In this document: positions 30,632 through 40,844 of the stretch, in pieces
How positions within the stretch are numbered: position 1 is the stretch's first letter
Layout of the letters: each line of letters begins with the position of its first letter
From: an uncultured Legionellales bacterium
GTDB lineage: Bacteria; Pseudomonadota; Gammaproteobacteria; JAHCLG01
Assembly (NCBI GenBank): GCA_964352985.1
Contig: CAYGUK010000004.1
Location: 2,980 to 66,979, forward strand
DNA: 64,000 nt
Reading direction: 5' to 3'
The notes under the pieces: generated by a model
Told to the model about the DNA's origin: nothing
The model's database searches: none
The model's input: the letters and a program-made list of their open reading frames with translations, nothing else
Made by a program: the position numbers and the translations under genes

Positions 30632-31930
30632 TCATACTTCGTTGACGTATTGTGCGAAGTTCAAATTTTCAGTCATCACTTCTGAATTCTCTTTCATAAA
30701 GAAACAAAGAACAAATGCTAGAAAAAAACTAAGTGGTAAAACAACAAGCGCTCTTTCATAATCAGAAAAATAATAAATAACTCGATGATGTTCGATGTGT
30801 CCCTTACCTAGCATCACACCAATTACAGGTTGAAATATAGCTGCGCTAGACATCACTAGCATATTCACAAAACCCATAGTACCTGAATGATTTATTGTTT
30901 GAACATATTTTTTGCTTTGTGAAAAAGTAAGTAAATATGTTGAAGCCATCATACCAAAGATGAAAGAGAATAACATCAAGATAAAATAGGGTAATCTATG
31001 AATATACAACAGCATGAAAGCAATAATACCGGCAAATAAACTCCCTATCATCATTAACTTCTGACAAGCAAAATAATTTATTAGAATACTAAACAGTGGC
31101 GCCCCAACAGCAACACCCACTAATGCAGAAGAAACAATAATAGAGGTATAAAATAAATTATAATGATAAGCGTGGAGAAAATATGGTACACCCCATAAAT
31201 TACAATAAATCGTAATAACAGTCATCATTAAACCACCATAAATTCCACATACCCAAACTTGCTTATTCGATAATATGGATTTTAATTGAATTAAGATATT
31301 TGTTGTGGGAGTGATATTGTTCATTTTATCCTTATTGTGTAATTCTGGGGTTTTATCTTTAAGGTTAAACCACAGTAAAACAGCTAATATTACAACTACA
31401 ATTCCGCATAAATTAAACCCCAATCGCCACCCCCAATGCAGCACAATAAAAGATAATAAAACCGCACAGACTGCAGTTCCTAACATCCCAACAACTTCGG
31501 CGAGAGAAATCATTAGTGCAAACCTCTTTTGAGGAAACCAATCCCTTACAACAGTTAACATGCCTATAAACGCAAAACTTGAAAAAAAACCTTGGCAAAT
31601 CCTAGAAATAAATGCACTCCAAAAAGTATGAGAAAATGCAAAAGAAAAACAAGTTAATGCCAAGCCAAAGCAAGTAAAGCTTTGGACTTTACGCGCACTA
31701 AATCTATCGACAATTAAACCCACTGGAATTTGCATGGTGACATAAGTATAGTAAAAACATGACGAAATAATGGCTATCCCCGTCGCATTAGTCTGTAGTT
31801 GATGCATTAAAGGTTTGACGATGGGCGAAGCCGCAGTTTGCAAAAAAAACTGAAACATAGAATAGATACTAACTAATAACCACATTGTAATAGGTAAAGT
31901 GTCTAAGTAGTTTATTTTTTTCATTGTCAC
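30632..31930 (-). CDS. MFS transporter
   Basis: 432 aa, 12 predicted TMs, MFS-type loop G..VDRFSARKV. Confidence 0.7.
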   Translation of the reverse strand: MTMKKINYLDTLPITMWLLVSIYSMFQFFLQTAASPIVKPLMHQLQTNATGIAIISSCFYYTYVTMQIPVGLIVDRFSARKVQSFTCFGLALTCFSFAFSHTFWSAFISRICQGFFSSFAFIGMLTVVRDWFPQKRFALMISLAEVVGMLGTAVCAVLLSFIVLHWGWRLGFNLCGIVVVILAVLLWFNLKDKTPELHNKDKMNNITPTTNILIQLKSILSNKQVWVCGIYGGLMMTVITIYCNLWGVPYFLHAYHYNLFYTSIIVSSALVGVAVGAPLFSILINYFACQKLMMIGSLFAGIIAFMLLYIHRLPYFILMLFSFIFGMMASTYLLTFSQSKKYVQTINHSGTMGFVNMLVMSSAAIFQPVIGVMLGKGHIEHHRVIYYFSDYERALVVLPLSFFLAFVLCFFMKENSEVMTENLNFAQYVNEV

Positions 31931-32023
31931 CTGAATATCAAATAAAATTATTTTAACTTAAGTTCACTCAACTCAAAAGACCCAAGTTATAAAAGTACTT
32001 GGGTCTATATATGGTTGAAGTAG

Positions 32024-32224
32024 TTAATAAACTGGGTTTTGATGTTCAATTAATTTAGTGTGTAAGCGTTTAGGATTAATACCAAGTTTATTGGCGGCAA
32101 GTTCAATATTACCTCCAGACTGATGTAATATTGTTTTTAAAATAAGTAATTCACGATCCTCGCTCGACATTTGATAAAAATGTCTTGAGCCAAAACGCGC
32201 TCTACAATGCTCATGATTGGGCAT
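32024..32224 (-). CDS. short Fis/NtrC-type HTH protein (possibly truncated Fis-family regulator)
   Basis: C-terminal ELLILKTILHQSGGNIELAANKLGINPKRLHTKL is a Fis/NtrC-family helix-turn-helix; only 66 aa and lacks a Fis-like N-terminal dimerisation region. Confidence 0.4.
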   Translation of the reverse strand: MPNHEHCRARFGSRHFYQMSSEDRELLILKTILHQSGGNIELAANKLGINPKRLHTKLIEHQNPVY

Positions 32225-32396
32225 AATTCCCTCCTTGGGCTTTTACTATTTGCGCACAAATATCGTGACATAGCCATCATAAAATATCAAGCTCTATGCT
32301 TATCTATAAATTTGCATGAATAAATCGTCTAAATTTACTCATTTTATTAGACTCTTAGTTTGCATAATTTCAAAGAAAACCAAGGGGGTAATCTAT

Positions 32397-33215
32397 TTAT
32401 TTTTTATATTGATTTAACGACCAATCATAGACACTATCACTAATTTTATGAATCTGCATTAACTTTGATCTTAATGGCGGCTCAGCAAACAGTTTTAAAA
32501 AATTAATCACATCTTGATCATTACCACCAAAATCAGCTTCATACCATTTAAAAATTTTAGATATGATTAGTTTTCCACGTTCAATTGAAACACCTTTTTT
32601 ACTATTAACATATTCTTTAGCACCTATATTTAATAATTGATAAACATTTTCGCCCGTATAAGCAGTCTGTTGTAAATTCGGACAACCTAAAGATGCGCAA
32701 TTTAGAGCAAAGTGCGCTCTGGGATCATTCCAAATTGGTCGCACTATACGATGTTCAATATCATTTAAACTCAATTGAATGTTATCCACTCGAATTAATT
32801 TTGCATCCCATGGCCCTCTAGAAAACCAGCCAGGTGAAGTATTAATATCTAGTATACTTTTAATAGGATAGTGTTCTAGCACCGTTTGGACGGTTAACGC
32901 ATTATATAAATTTATCCAATAAGCTAATTGCACGTTTCGATTATAATGCTCGATTTTAATGTTAGATAAATAATTTAAATATTGCTGGAGTGTTTTTTTA
33001 TCTTCTTTTGTCACATAAGTATAATCAATTAAATTATTCCCCGTTCTCGTCGTATGATCATATTTAGCCAGAAATTCTTGCCAGGGTTGATGATTAATTG
33101 TATCTGTAGATAATGGATTGAAAATCTGCCAACGTATCCAAAGATCTTTACTTGGCGCTGCGTATACATGACTAATAAAACAAATTAAAAAAGCAAAATA
33201 AATTATTTTTCTCAT
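32397..33215 (-). CDS. secreted DUF547-domain protein
   Basis: Signal peptide; WINLYNALTVQTVLEHYP...GPWD...LSLNDIEHRIVRP matches the DUF547 core. Confidence 0.5.
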   Translation of the reverse strand: MRKIIYFAFLICFISHVYAAPSKDLWIRWQIFNPLSTDTINHQPWQEFLAKYDHTTRTGNNLIDYTYVTKEDKKTLQQYLNYLSNIKIEHYNRNVQLAYWINLYNALTVQTVLEHYPIKSILDINTSPGWFSRGPWDAKLIRVDNIQLSLNDIEHRIVRPIWNDPRAHFALNCASLGCPNLQQTAYTGENVYQLLNIGAKEYVNSKKGVSIERGKLIISKIFKWYEADFGGNDQDVINFLKLFAEPPLRSKLMQIHKISDSVYDWSLNQYKK

Positions 33216-33289
33216 TATAATTAGAATTCCGTGTTAATCATGTAGCAACGTGCAATAATAAAAAACTCTTTAAAAAATAGCAATGCCCA

Positions 33290-34534
33290 TCAATTAAACT
33301 TTTGGCCAAAATTTGTGTGGCGTACGGATTCACTCGTCGAAATTAAGAGATCAGCGACTGCTTTTGCTTTAATTGGCAAGCAAATTAAAAAGCCTTGAGC
33401 ATAGTGGCAACCTAACCGATACATTAAATTTAATTGCTCTTCTGTTTCTATGCCTGTCGCGATAGGATGAATATTATGTTGTCTGGATCGTTTAATAATA
33501 TATTTAATTTTTTTACGAATTGTTTTATCTTCACATATATGTCGAATTAAATTAGGTTGAATTTTAATCGCGTATAAAGGTAAATAATTAAAATAATTTA
33601 AATCAATTGCTTCAAGTGATAAATCTTGAACAACGACCTTAATACCTAAAGAAACAATTTGACTTAAAACATTTTGATAATATCGATATTGTTGCTTTAA
33701 GACCATTTCCGGAATTTCTATTGTTAAATAGATCGGATCAATGCCATGCGCAATTAAAATATGATAAAGATTCGTTACAAAGCGATCTTCTTCTAATTGT
33801 CTCGCAGAAATATTTATAAAAAGTTGTTTAGTCACTAATGAAGCATGTCGCCAATGAATCGCATCATAACAAGCTGTGGTAAATAACCATTCACCAATAG
33901 GAACAATTAATCCACTCCTTTCAGCAAGTGGAATAAATGATTGCGCGCCCACGATATCCATGCGAGGATGATCCCAGCGTAACAATGCCTCAAACCCAAT
34001 GGGTTTATCTGCTAACAAATCAAATATAGGTTGGTATCGAATATAGAATTCACTATTTTTAAGACCCTCTTCTAAATCATGTGTTAAGCTAATGGCCTGG
34101 TTTTCTTTTTGATTTAATTTATCATCAAAAAACAACCAATTCGCTTTATCACGCTGTTTAGTCGTAATCGTATCGCAAATCGCATGATATAATTTATCAG
34201 CTGTAATTTCAGCTTTTAGCAAATGGGATGTTGATTGATACGCATTGTGATATGTCGATTTCTGCTTGTCATCAATAACTATAATAGGAATATTATAATC
34301 ACCATTAATTTTATTTATTAAACTGGTACCACACTGTAAAAATCGCGTGTTATCAACTAATAAACATTGGGGATTAAATTCACCAATATCCTGCAATAAA
34401 TTATTGGCATCCGTTGACACCATGAATTCATAATCTTGATCATAATGATGAACCAGCAATTGCTGATAAAATTCACGATCTGATTTTTCATGACCAAAGA
34501 ATAATACTTTAATGATGGAATCCATTTTCATCAC
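33290..34534 (-). CDS. EAL-domain cyclic-di-GMP phosphodiesterase with N-terminal receiver-like domain
   Basis: FEALLRWDHP EAL signature, downstream conserved DD/E motifs; N-terminal ~120 aa REC-like (LLVDNTRF). Confidence 0.7.
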   Translation of the reverse strand: MMKMDSIIKVLFFGHEKSDREFYQQLLVHHYDQDYEFMVSTDANNLLQDIGEFNPQCLLVDNTRFLQCGTSLINKINGDYNIPIIVIDDKQKSTYHNAYQSTSHLLKAEITADKLYHAICDTITTKQRDKANWLFFDDKLNQKENQAISLTHDLEEGLKNSEFYIRYQPIFDLLADKPIGFEALLRWDHPRMDIVGAQSFIPLAERSGLIVPIGEWLFTTACYDAIHWRHASLVTKQLFINISARQLEEDRFVTNLYHILIAHGIDPIYLTIEIPEMVLKQQYRYYQNVLSQIVSLGIKVVVQDLSLEAIDLNYFNYLPLYAIKIQPNLIRHICEDKTIRKKIKYIIKRSRQHNIHPIATGIETEEQLNLMYRLGCHYAQGFLICLPIKAKAVADLLISTSESVRHTNFGQKFN

Positions 34535-34612
34535 GCGAATATCCCTTTAATAGTTAACTATTAGTATAGTCGCTTGCAGAAAATTCGCTGTATGCATTGA
34601 GTGCTTTTTAAT

Positions 34613-35161
34613 TTAAAATGTTAATACCGGCTTTATGACACCAACTATGTTGTCAGCATTTATCACACCAAAATAACGGCTATCCCAACTAAAATGGCGT
34701 TCATGTCCCATCACCCAATATTGATTTGCATGTAAAATATAATGGCCATAATTGACATGTTTCAAGGGCCAACCACGATGATCTGACTCTTGTTGAGCTG
34801 AATAGGGTAATACTTTGCCGTTTATAATGACTTGGTCTTTTTCTAAAATAATATTATCACCAGCCGTAGCCACAATTGATTTTATAATCGGTGCACCACC
34901 GTGTGGGCAATCGCCTTGATGAATATATTGAAATTTCAAAGCATATTGCGCGACATCAGGCGACAAACAAATTTCAACTAAATCACCCAACTCAGGCTTA
35001 GAATGAACAACACGATAAATACCGTGGGGGAGATCACTTGAACCTGTAATACGAATATGAAAATCAAAAGCAATCCAAAGATAAATAATCGCTAAAAGAA
35101 TAATCACACCAATCCAAAATTTTTTACTGCTCTTCATAATGGGAAACACCCTCCTCTTCAT
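34613..35161 (-). CDS. S26-family signal peptidase (TraF/LepB-like), last gene of ABC operon
   Basis: N-terminal TM, S-D-L-P-H-G-I-Y (TraF-like SxSxxPxGxY) and C-terminal GHERHFSWDSRYFGVI motif (S26 box E); 38-nt overlap with upstream ATPase gene. Confidence 0.5.
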   Translation of the reverse strand: MKRRVFPIMKSSKKFWIGVIILLAIIYLWIAFDFHIRITGSSDLPHGIYRVVHSKPELGDLVEICLSPDVAQYALKFQYIHQGDCPHGGAPIIKSIVATAGDNIILEKDQVIINGKVLPYSAQQESDHRGWPLKHVNYGHYILHANQYWVMGHERHFSWDSRYFGVINADNIVGVIKPVLTF

Positions 35162-37157
35162 AAAGAAAACATTTTACTAAATGATTGTTTTCTGTTTTTG
35201 TAATATTCGGATAATGTGCGAGACATTTTTCAAATGATTGTTGGCAACGAGGATGAAAATGACATCCCATCGGTGGATTAATTGGTGAGGGTAATTCACC
35301 TTCAAGTTTTATCACTTCACGTTTAGCCTTATTATCAATTGTAGGAACGGCTGATAATAATGCTTTGGTATAAGGATGTTTAGGATTATTTAATACATCA
35401 GCTGTTTTTCCAAATTCCACAATACGACCTAAATACATCACTGCAATTTCATCAGCAAGATAAGCTACAACTGAAATATTATGAGTAATAAATAAATAAG
35501 ATAAACCAAACTTTATTTGTAATTCTTTTAATAAATTTAAAATTTGAGCTTGAACGGAAACATCAAGTGCACTTGTTGGTTCATCACATATAATAACTTT
35601 AGGATCAACCGCTAAGGCACGCGCAATACAAATTCGTTGTCTTTGTCCCCCTGAAAACTCATGTGGATAGCGAAAAAGACAATTTTCAGGTAAGCCCACT
35701 TGTTGTAACAATTCTTTTACACGAATTTTAATTTCTTCAGGTTTCGTTAAAATACCTAATGCTTTAATGCCTTCTGAAATAATATCTAAAATCATCATTC
35801 GTGGATTCATAGAAGAAAACGGATCTTGAAATATTATTTGTAGCTCTTTTCTGATATGTCGTAATTGACGTTGGCTTAACTTTGCTAAATCTCGTTGATT
35901 TAATACTACAAAACCCTCATCAGGTTTTATTAGTTGTAAAATTGCTTTACCAATAGTCGTTTTGCCACATCCAGATTCTCCAACTAATGCGAGTGTTTGA
36001 CCTTGAAAAAGATTTAAATCCACACCATCGACTGCTTTAACTTTAGCAACGACTCTTTTTAATAACCCTTTATGAATAGGGAAATGGACTTTTAAATTTT
36101 CAACATGCAAAATTATTTCATTATTACTAACTTGATTTTCATATTGATTAGTCTCGTTATTGATTGTACTTTTACATTCTTTTTGATCTTCATATAAAAA
36201 ACATCGTACTTCTTGATGTTCCTGTTGCATAAGGAGTTCAGGCTTCATCTGCTTGCATTTATCATAAACTTGTTCACATCGATTTGAAAAACGACAATTA
36301 GAATAATGTAATTGCAAACTGGGCACGATACCTTTAATCATCGATAAAGGTTGATTTCGCTTATCAATGTTAGGTATTGCGGCTAATAAACGGTGACTAT
36401 AAGGATGCAAAGGGTTCTTAAAAAACTGAGCACATTTTGCTTTTTCAACGATTTGACCTGCATACATGATTGCAATTTCATCTGCCATTTCTGCAACAAT
36501 ACCTAAATCATGAGTGATCAGTAAAATCGCCATTTTCCGATCTTTTTGTAAATCACTTAATAAATTTAAAACTTGCGCTTGTATCGTTACATCTAACGCC
36601 GTAGTCGGTTCATCTGCTATCAGTAAATCAGGTTTACAGGCTAAAGCCATTGCAATCATAATTCGTTGTTTCATTCCACCCGATAATTGATGCGGATATT
36701 CTTTCATCCGTTGCTTCGCTGCAGGGATCCCAACCGAGTCTAATAATTGAATAATTTCTTTTTCAGCTTGTTGTCCGCGTAATTTAAAATGACGATATAA
36801 CACTTCTTCTATTTGATACCCCACCGTTAATACGGGATTAAGAGAAGTCATTGGTTCTTGAAAAATTATCCCCATACGGCGCCCACGAATTTTTGTCATT
36901 TCTACTTCGCTAAGCGATAATAAATCAACACCATTTAATAAAATTTCACTGCCTAATCCAATTCTCGCGGCAAAAGGAAGTAATTGCATCATTGATAAAG
37001 CCGTTAACGATTTTCCACAACCAGACTCTCCGAGTAAGGCAAACGTATCACCCTCATTAATTGAAAAGCTAATACCATCTATTGCTTTTAATAAACCCTC
37101 GGTGGTAGGAAATCCTGTTGTTAAATTTCTAACAGCTAATAAAGGATTATTTACCAT
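35124..37157 (-). CDS. peptide-type ABC transporter ATP-binding protein with two fused ABC domains (YejF/OppDF-like)
   Basis: Two Walker A (GESGCGKS; GESGCGKT), two LSGGxxQR signatures, two Walker B, oligopeptide-type C-terminal extensions; 677 aa. Confidence 0.85.
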   Translation of the reverse strand: MVNNPLLAVRNLTTGFPTTEGLLKAIDGISFSINEGDTFALLGESGCGKSLTALSMMQLLPFAARIGLGSEILLNGVDLLSLSEVEMTKIRGRRMGIIFQEPMTSLNPVLTVGYQIEEVLYRHFKLRGQQAEKEIIQLLDSVGIPAAKQRMKEYPHQLSGGMKQRIMIAMALACKPDLLIADEPTTALDVTIQAQVLNLLSDLQKDRKMAILLITHDLGIVAEMADEIAIMYAGQIVEKAKCAQFFKNPLHPYSHRLLAAIPNIDKRNQPLSMIKGIVPSLQLHYSNCRFSNRCEQVYDKCKQMKPELLMQQEHQEVRCFLYEDQKECKSTINNETNQYENQVSNNEIILHVENLKVHFPIHKGLLKRVVAKVKAVDGVDLNLFQGQTLALVGESGCGKTTIGKAILQLIKPDEGFVVLNQRDLAKLSQRQLRHIRKELQIIFQDPFSSMNPRMMILDIISEGIKALGILTKPEEIKIRVKELLQQVGLPENCLFRYPHEFSGGQRQRICIARALAVDPKVIICDEPTSALDVSVQAQILNLLKELQIKFGLSYLFITHNISVVAYLADEIAVMYLGRIVEFGKTADVLNNPKHPYTKALLSAVPTIDNKAKREVIKLEGELPSPINPPMGCHFHPRCQQSFEKCLAHYPNITKTENNHLVKCFLYEEEGVSHYEEQ

Positions 37158-38424
37158 TTACATGATCCCTCTTGGCAACACACCATCCCAAAATTAGAAA
37201 AATGATAATAACAATGGCTAATATACCATAAGACCACATTTTCCATTTAATAAAATGTTGCTGATGTGTATTAACTAAGGCTGATTTTCCTGCTAAGTTG
37301 GTTAGTGAATGTGGTATTGCTAAACCTATATTAATATCACTTTGCGGAGTTGCCGCCATTGCTAATAAACGGGGAAACGGTATCGCATTATTTGTTATTA
37401 AACCACTGGCAAATGTTAAAAGATACGGTTTATCACCTTCAGCATAAAACACGATTTTATCAGGTAACCATGAGAGATAAACTTCATTGTCTTTTAAACT
37501 GTCTGTCGTCGAAAATATTTTCCAATCGCGACTTTTTTTACTGCCTTGAAGAATTATCACTTTTTTCTGAACGTTCACGCCATTTATTTTTAAGTTATAG
37601 ATTGAGCTTTTAGTCACTTCTTGCCATTCATGGGAATTCGTATCTTTGTTATAAACAATAACATTAGTATTGAAATATTGATTTTTGTCTTTAAGTCGTA
37701 AATGATAAAATTTCATCGGCTTTTGTAACGTAATATATAAAGCTTTATTTTTATAATTTGTAGCTAACTTGACCCATTCGAAAGCTGGTGGTGATTGATT
37801 AACAATAGCAGCTGTTACTTTTGACAGTGAAAATTTTACATTCTTAGCTGATAGAAGCAAATATTTTGCAGGAGCATAATGCAAATCTAAAGAATGCGAA
37901 ATTATTTTGGTATCATGAAAATTGTCGTTTGCGAAATAAAAACTTTTATTCATATGCTCCCAATGAATTAAGTCATTACTAATAGAAAGCATAACAGGAA
38001 ATATTTTTATACCATTTTCACTTTGCCATTTAAAATCAATATTTCTAATTTTTTTCCCCACAAGTGGCGATAAATCTATAACAAACGCGGAAGACTGTTT
38101 CAAATTAGAATCTAATAATTTAATTTTACTTATATTTTGTTGGGGATAATATTTTAACTTCTCAAGCTTTAAAATTTTATTTAATTTTTGATTTCTAATT
38201 GCATAAGGTACTGGATGTGCTAATTTGTTAAAAATTCGAATATCCCCCAAGTTAGGTTGAATAATATGTTGATAAACTATAAATGGAATATTGAACTGAT
38301 ATAATTTACTTTTTTCTTGTAAGTTTAATTTCATACTATAGGCAAAATCATTGAGTTTTGGCACAAGCCTAGCATAACTTAATGTCCCCAAGCACAAACT
38401 CAAAATAAAAAACCATTCCTTCAT
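37147..38424 (-). CDS. hypothetical secreted/C-terminally membrane-anchored protein embedded in ABC operon
   Basis: Signal peptide MKEWFFILSLCLGTLSYA, ~380-aa Lys/Asn-rich domain without recognisable motifs, C-terminal TM WSYGILAIVIIIFLILGW; overlaps ATPase start by 11 nt. Confidence 0.4.
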   Translation of the reverse strand: MKEWFFILSLCLGTLSYARLVPKLNDFAYSMKLNLQEKSKLYQFNIPFIVYQHIIQPNLGDIRIFNKLAHPVPYAIRNQKLNKILKLEKLKYYPQQNISKIKLLDSNLKQSSAFVIDLSPLVGKKIRNIDFKWQSENGIKIFPVMLSISNDLIHWEHMNKSFYFANDNFHDTKIISHSLDLHYAPAKYLLLSAKNVKFSLSKVTAAIVNQSPPAFEWVKLATNYKNKALYITLQKPMKFYHLRLKDKNQYFNTNVIVYNKDTNSHEWQEVTKSSIYNLKINGVNVQKKVIILQGSKKSRDWKIFSTTDSLKDNEVYLSWLPDKIVFYAEGDKPYLLTFASGLITNNAIPFPRLLAMAATPQSDINIGLAIPHSLTNLAGKSALVNTHQQHFIKWKMWSYGILAIVIIIFLILGWCVAKRDHVNGK

Positions 38425-38443
38425 CGTGTGTTTCTCAAATAAA

Positions 38444-39811
38444 TTAGGTTGCTGTTTTTATTCTCGGATCAAAGGCATCTCTTACTGCATCTGAAAATAA
38501 ATTCGCACTCAACACTAAAACAAACATAAATATAAAAGCCGCTAATAATGGCCACCAAACAACAGGTTCTCTCGCTAGTTGTAAACGAGCAGCATTAATC
38601 ATATTTCCCCAACTATGTGTTGTCGGATCAACGCCCACACCAACATAAGATAAAACAGCTTCTGCTAAAACTAATCCACTAAAATCTAGTACGACTGAAA
38701 TAATAATAATATGCATAACATTAGGTAAAATATGTCGAGAAATAATTCTCGTACTTTTTGTACCCAATGAACGTGCAGCTTGGATGTAATCAACTTCACG
38801 TAATTTTAATGTTTCACCTCTAAGCATCCGGCATAAACTCGTCCAACTGGTGATCCCTAAAATAAAACACAGCGCCAGTAATCTGGCATCCGCTCTTGCT
38901 GCTAAAGTAGGAAATAAATTAGGATGATTTGCAATAAATATTTGTAATGATAATACCGAAGCAGCAATCAGTAACACACCAGGAACAGAATTTAAAGTGG
39001 TATAAATGTATTGAATAATATCATCAATCCATCCACCAAAAAAACCAGCCATCGTGCCCATTAAAATCGCAAACGGTAACATGATTAACGTCGTTAACGT
39101 CCCAATAATTAACCCAGTACGAATACTTTTAAACGCTTGAAAAAAAACATCCTGCCCTACGGTATCTGTGCCAAAAATATGATAAACACGCGAGAGATCA
39201 TAACACCAAAATAATAGAATAAAGAGTACTAACCAAGTGAGAAAAAAAGTTCGCCACGCGATACCTGTTCTCCCTAAAATAATGTTTTTAAAGTTTTTAA
39301 TAAGTGGTATTTTTCCACGCCAAGAAATCATAAATAAAAAGACAATAAAAAATAAACACCAAAAAATTACGGCTTTGATTACAGATGTTATACTTCGAAT
39401 TAAAATATCATGATATTTTTGATCTGCATTTTTGATATGTAATCCAGCATATTTTAATCGTGGATAATCTCGAATTCTTTCACCATTCGAATTCATTATA
39501 GTATTTTTGACAAATAAATGAATAGAAAAGGGAGAAGAATAAGTTTTTTCATAATCATCGCCTACTGGAGCTAAAATTTTATCTAGAACGCTATAAACTG
39601 TCGTCGAATAATGTTGTGTTGATTCATTGTTAGTTTTTGCTATTGCTTCTCTAAAATGAATTGAATCTAAAAATCCTATCGTTACATAAACAATTAAAAT
39701 GACCATCGATGCCACACCTAAGCGGTTTTGCATCATCATTTTCCAGGGCGTCGTTAAATGTGCTTTTTTCCTAGCATAAAAGATAAAAATTATTACGACA
39801 GCAATAAGCAA
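38444..39811 (-). CDS. ABC transporter permease (OppC/YejE-like, long N-terminal extension)
   Basis: Binding-protein-dependent transport signature region (ARSLGTKSTRIISRHILPN), 455 aa. Confidence 0.8.
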   Translation of the reverse strand: MLIAVVIIFIFYARKKAHLTTPWKMMMQNRLGVASMVILIVYVTIGFLDSIHFREAIAKTNNESTQHYSTTVYSVLDKILAPVGDDYEKTYSSPFSIHLFVKNTIMNSNGERIRDYPRLKYAGLHIKNADQKYHDILIRSITSVIKAVIFWCLFFIVFLFMISWRGKIPLIKNFKNIILGRTGIAWRTFFLTWLVLFILLFWCYDLSRVYHIFGTDTVGQDVFFQAFKSIRTGLIIGTLTTLIMLPFAILMGTMAGFFGGWIDDIIQYIYTTLNSVPGVLLIAASVLSLQIFIANHPNLFPTLAARADARLLALCFILGITSWTSLCRMLRGETLKLREVDYIQAARSLGTKSTRIISRHILPNVMHIIIISVVLDFSGLVLAEAVLSYVGVGVDPTTHSWGNMINAARLQLAREPVVWWPLLAAFIFMFVLVLSANLFSDAVRDAFDPRIKTAT

Positions 39812-39865
39812 ATAAATGAGTGCATCCGTCCATAATATAACTGGTTTGATCAGGACGATTCTCCT

Positions 39866-40843
39866 TTAGTTAAATCGTATTCTTGGATCAACCAAGGTAT
39901 ACGAAATATCAGTTAAAATTAAACCAATGATATATAAAATTGCGCCTAAAAATACCATGGCCCTTACAATTGCAAAATCTTGTTGTTGAATGGCATCAAT
40001 TGTGTAACTGCCTAAACCGGGAATACCAAAAAATGATTCCATGATCAAACTTCCCAAAAATAAAGTGGGTAAAACAACAACAATACCGGTTAAAATAGGA
40101 ATCATGGCATTTTTCAAAACATGTTTAAATAATACTTTTAATTCTGATAACCCTTTTGCGCGGCCAGTTCTAACATAATCTTTACTGATTTCTTCCAAAA
40201 ATAAAGTGCGATACCAACGTGATCCAGCCCCAATTCCGCCAATCACGCCGATAATTACAGGTAATACAATAAATTTAATGCCATTTACACCATAATCAAA
40301 ACCAGAAATCGGAACTAAATGTAATGATTTGCCAATAAGATATTGGCCACCAATAATATAAAACAACGTTGACACCGACATCATGACAACGCATAAAATA
40401 ACACCCCATAAATCCAAATATGTCGCGCGGAAAAAAGCCATCAACATAGCAAATGTAATATTTACAAAAATACCAATTATTAAAACAGGAATGGCTAACG
40501 ATAATGATGGCCACATGCGTTGGCGAATATCATGACCAATATTACGACCAGAATCAGAAACACCAAATTCAAATGCAAATAAACCAATTGATTTTTGGAA
40601 AAATAAAGTATTTGTAAAACTTTCAAGCCCAGTTAATTCAGGATTATAAAATAAAGGTTTATCATAGCCATGAACCTTTTTCCAATTATTAATAGCAGAT
40701 TCAGTCACATGTTTTTGTCCTAAATGCATGCGTGCCATATCATCTGGCGTATTCACCATGAAAAAAAGTAGAAAGGTTAAAATATTAACACCAATTAATA
40801 CTGGAATCGCATAAAGTAATCGCCTAATAATATAAGCAAACAT
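39866..40843 (-). CDS. ABC transporter permease (OppB/YejB-like)
   Basis: 325 aa, 6 TMs, EAA-like loop (YVRTGRAKGLSELKVLFKHVLKN). Confidence 0.8.
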   Translation of the reverse strand: MFAYIIRRLLYAIPVLIGVNILTFLLFFMVNTPDDMARMHLGQKHVTESAINNWKKVHGYDKPLFYNPELTGLESFTNTLFFQKSIGLFAFEFGVSDSGRNIGHDIRQRMWPSLSLAIPVLIIGIFVNITFAMLMAFFRATYLDLWGVILCVVMMSVSTLFYIIGGQYLIGKSLHLVPISGFDYGVNGIKFIVLPVIIGVIGGIGAGSRWYRTLFLEEISKDYVRTGRAKGLSELKVLFKHVLKNAMIPILTGIVVVLPTLFLGSLIMESFFGIPGLGSYTIDAIQQQDFAIVRAMVFLGAILYIIGLILTDISYTLVDPRIRFN

Positions 40844-40844
40844 A

